Translations under genes and position numbers: made by a program
The notes under the pieces: model-generated
Databases searched by the model: none
Seen by the model: the letters and a program-made list of their open reading frames with translations, nothing else
What the model was told of the DNA's origin: nothing
Assembly (NCBI GenBank): GCA_001949185.1
Contig: BDGG01000001.1
Location: 8,626,721 to 8,690,720 of the forward strand
Length of the DNA stretch: 64,000 nucleotides
DNA from: Ramazzottius varieornatus
Taxonomy: Eukaryota > Animalia > Tardigrada
Direction of reading: 5' to 3'
In this document: piece after piece, positions 61,212 to 64,000 of the stretch
Position numbering within the stretch: the first letter of the stretch is position 1
Layout: each line of letters begins with the position of its first letter

Positions 61212-64000
61212 TCAGTGCTTCACTTTGTCCCCAGGCTTCAACTTCTCCAAAACTCTTTCGGGACTTACCAGCTCTCCTCCCGCACCCAGCAGGATGGCGT
61301 CTTTCTTCCGCCGCTTTCCTGCATCTTTATTCACGTCCAGCCATGCCTTATTCACCTGCAGAAACAAACACTCTACGTATGACGGCTCGGCAAACAAAAT
61401 CGCCAAGGTTACTCTCCCAGATGGCGCACTCGCCCGGGGTTATGGGCTGAACGCGTGCACCACGTGGCAAAACCTACCTTGCCCAGTCTGTTTGCCCAAG
61501 TTTCAAATACTCCCGATTCAGCTAAACTGAAAACGAACATGAAGGAAGCATACCTTGAGGCTTTTAACATGGCCCAGGATGAAGAGATGTTTCCTAGCTG
61601 CCGACATGGCCTGGCAGATTCGCTTCTCTTCCCACGCACACTCTCCCTCTTTCAAACCAGCCGCATCAGCACAGAAAAGGACAGTGTCGGCCACACGACT
61701 CTGGAAGCCTGCCACAGTATGCACTTCAGTGTTAGGCCTAAAGAAGAAAGCATCTGAATAGACATATCGGGGGAGCTCGGCAAACCAAACCGACAATACT
61801 ACTGTCCCAAGTGACGCACGCTTCCAGCCAACGACACTGACAATGTGCGCCACTTGGGAAAGCAATCTTCTCGACATTGTTTGCATAGCTCGCTGTTATC
61901 CAACAAACTGCAAAATTCAACCCATTTTTTATTGGCCTGCACTTACAGTTCGTATTCTGCAAGGTCGCGTAATTTCTGGCAGTAGCTGGTAGTGCGAGTC
62001 AGGATGACAAACGTCCCTAAATTTTCTTGACCGCCGGCCAACAAAGCTTTAGCAAATCTGACAGTATATTCCGCATCGTCCATTCTGCAAAACCAGATCG
62101 ATTAACCTAACTGGTCGTTTGAATTTCAAGCTCCATAGTTCGTACCCTTCTTTTCCTTCCTTGTGGGTATGGTCCAGTCCATGCAGGTCGAAGAAATGGT
62201 ACGATCACATTGTGAGATGTAAGCTTGCTTTTACAAACTGAAAATCCACAAGCTGACTCGTAAGCTTACGTGTTGTCAGACAGGATGTTTGAGTAGAAAG
62301 CGGTATTGGCGTAGCGGAAGATCTCTTGGTCAGTGTGGTGCTGCACTTTCAGCGCCAGAGAAACATTGTCCGTCAGCAGACCATAGCGCTTGAAGTAGCG
62401 GTGCAACAAGGAAGAGCTCAGAGGACCGGCGGACAGCTCTTGGCCATCACTGTCTAACGGTAGGGACATGTGGTCGCCTATCAGTACCACTTTTGGCGCA
62501 CTGGTGTCCGCGGAGGGGAATCTGGTCAGAGCTAGCAGGAGATCCAGCTCAGTGTACCTTCCCGCCTACAAAATACGAAACATTGTGATATAAAGAAGCT
62601 CGGTGAACAAACTCGATGGACTTACTGTCCCAAGTTGCGCACGCTTCCGGTGTAACTGGCTAGAGGTGTGCGTCACATGAAAAACCGTTCCTGTCGAGCT
62701 TGATTACTTCATCAAGTCGCGCAAGTTCTACGTGTTACTGGCTGTAGGTGTGCGCCACTTTAGAAACAGTTTGGGGGAGTTTATTTGTCGCGCTACATTA
62801 TCGTCGCACTTTTCTCCCTTTTGTTCCCAATCTTCTTTGAAGTTAGGTGTCAGGTGAGTGGGATTCTAGTATGACTGCTACTTACGTCGTAGACGAAGAT
62901 GCCATCGAGTGGAGGCAGCATACCGTAGTTGATGTGGGCTTGCTGATTATCCTCCAAGAAAAAACTCAGCGGTGCCAACAGGACATTCTTGGCATGTATG
63001 TTGTCCTTCACATACACGTCAAGATCCTTGGCCAGTTTCTCTTTCGAGGTGAGAGCCCTGCTGACGGCTGACGGCAACAGGTCGCTTCTCGTCTTCATAA
63101 AGCGTTCCAGCTCGGCTGTCAGCACTTCCGCACTGGACTTGACCGGCACATCAGCGGCGGTCCTGTTCAAGAAAAATTTCTCGTAAGAATAAAGGAAAGA
63201 CACAAGACTAGCATAGATCGAAATATCAATGGATGCTTACAGTCCGGTTGCCAGTTGCTTGCGGACTTTCTCGATCTGTTCGTCCAACACCTTGGATTCA
63301 TCCAGGAAGGTCGGGTGTTTGTGCAGTATCTCCAGCGTGCTCTTGATGTAGCTGGACGTGGGACTTGCATTCTCCGGTAGAAGAATCATCGAGTTGGTGA
63401 TGAGCGTTTCCCGCTGCAACCAAAGCTTGTGACTTATTCGAACGCCGGCCAACAGAACGTTCAAGTTGATTACTCCAAGTGGCGCATGCCTCCAGTGTTA
63501 TCGGGTGGAAGCGTACGCCATTTGGAAGAATGATCTCGAACGTTCCGTTTGCCAACTCCTCAACTAATAATCGCATAAAATGAAGAAAAAACAATAACTC
63601 CGTTTTAGAATCGAAAATACGCAAACGAACTGGACAAGATTGTCTTCCCAAGTAACGCACGACTCTAGTGTTATTGGCTGGAAGCGTGCGCCACTTGAGG
63701 GAAAACAATCTTGTCCTGTTTGCCCGAATTCGGGGAATTTTTCGTTGTGGAATGAGACACTTACTTTGAGTTCGAATGGGAAGGGCGAAACACTCGGCGA
63801 AAGTGTATACTCGAAGAAAGACTGAGCGAGCTCTGTCCAGGCGTTGGTCAGTGGGTAAGGTCGGCTGGAGAGCGGCTTGAGACCAAAGACCATCAGAAGC
63901 CCGAAGATCCGATTGTCGACATTCTTCAACGACAGCAAAGGAAGGACGGCGGCGTTGCGCGTTGGTCGTCGCGGATTGTCTTTGATACGAGCACTGGCTA
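61212..64000 (-). CDS. Senataxin/UPF1-like SF1B helicase C-terminal region with degenerate catalytic motifs; 5' part outside the window
   Basis: IFVYD|AGRYTE, LIGDHMSLP, SLLHR, LKVQHH..EIFRYANTAFYSNIL, VHTVAGFQSR, QAMSAARKHLFILG, NKAW...DA. Confidence 0.75.
61384..61504. repeat. Palindromic element in intron 61356-61553
   Basis: GGCTCGGCAAACAAA...CAGATGGCGCA...TGTTTGCCCAAG. Confidence 0.82.
61773..61891. repeat. Full-length 119-bp palindromic element in intron 61754-61946
   Basis: GAGCTCGGCAAAC...CCCAAGTGACGCACGCTTCCAGCCAACGACACTGACAATGTGCGCCACTTGGG...GTTTGCATAGCTC. Confidence 0.9.
62597..62790. repeat. Double palindromic element in intron 62566-62885
   Basis: Two cores. Confidence 0.82.
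63461..63731. repeat. Two separate palindromic elements (63461-63558, 63620-63731)
   Basis: CCAAGTGGCGCA-N27-TACGCC and CCCAAGTAACGCA..TGCGCCACTTG with long arms. Confidence 0.85.

Noticed and set aside
59014-63938. Recurrent peptides KWRTL / SGARFQPITL / ACATW in many ORFs as a protein repeat domain
   Set aside because: They are translations of the intronic palindrome in read-through ORFs, not exons.

Overview
Eukaryotic (metazoan, invertebrate-like) nuclear DNA with short spliceosomal introns and abundant CpG. A motile-cilium gene (CFAP251) argues against a nematode; a tardigrade-like host is only an impression. The window has two halves. Positions 1-46 kb are rich in transposable elements and pseudogenes: a decayed Ty3/Gypsy element, a probable CMC/EnSpm-like element with a BEN-domain gene, an F-box pseudogene next to a full-length mariner, a 70/90-bp higher-order satellite, a four-member orphan CGKxC gene family, three DIRS/Ngaro pieces, a GT32 glycosyltransferase, and a B3GAT3-like gene whose single 4.7-kb intron is filled with elements, including an intron-bearing Tigger transposase and a Ulp1-like protease relic. 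Positions 46.6-64 kb are gene-dense: a SKI2 pseudogene, SREK1IP1, CFAP251/WDR66 and a senataxin-like protein with degenerate helicase motifs. The most striking signal is a family of about 25 copies of a ~119-bp palindrome (core CAAGTGGCGCA-N27-TGCGCCACTTG). It lies almost entirely in introns and keeps a nearly fixed 26-27-nt spacer despite heavy substitution. All calls come from reading the sequence and recognising motifs; no database searches were run.
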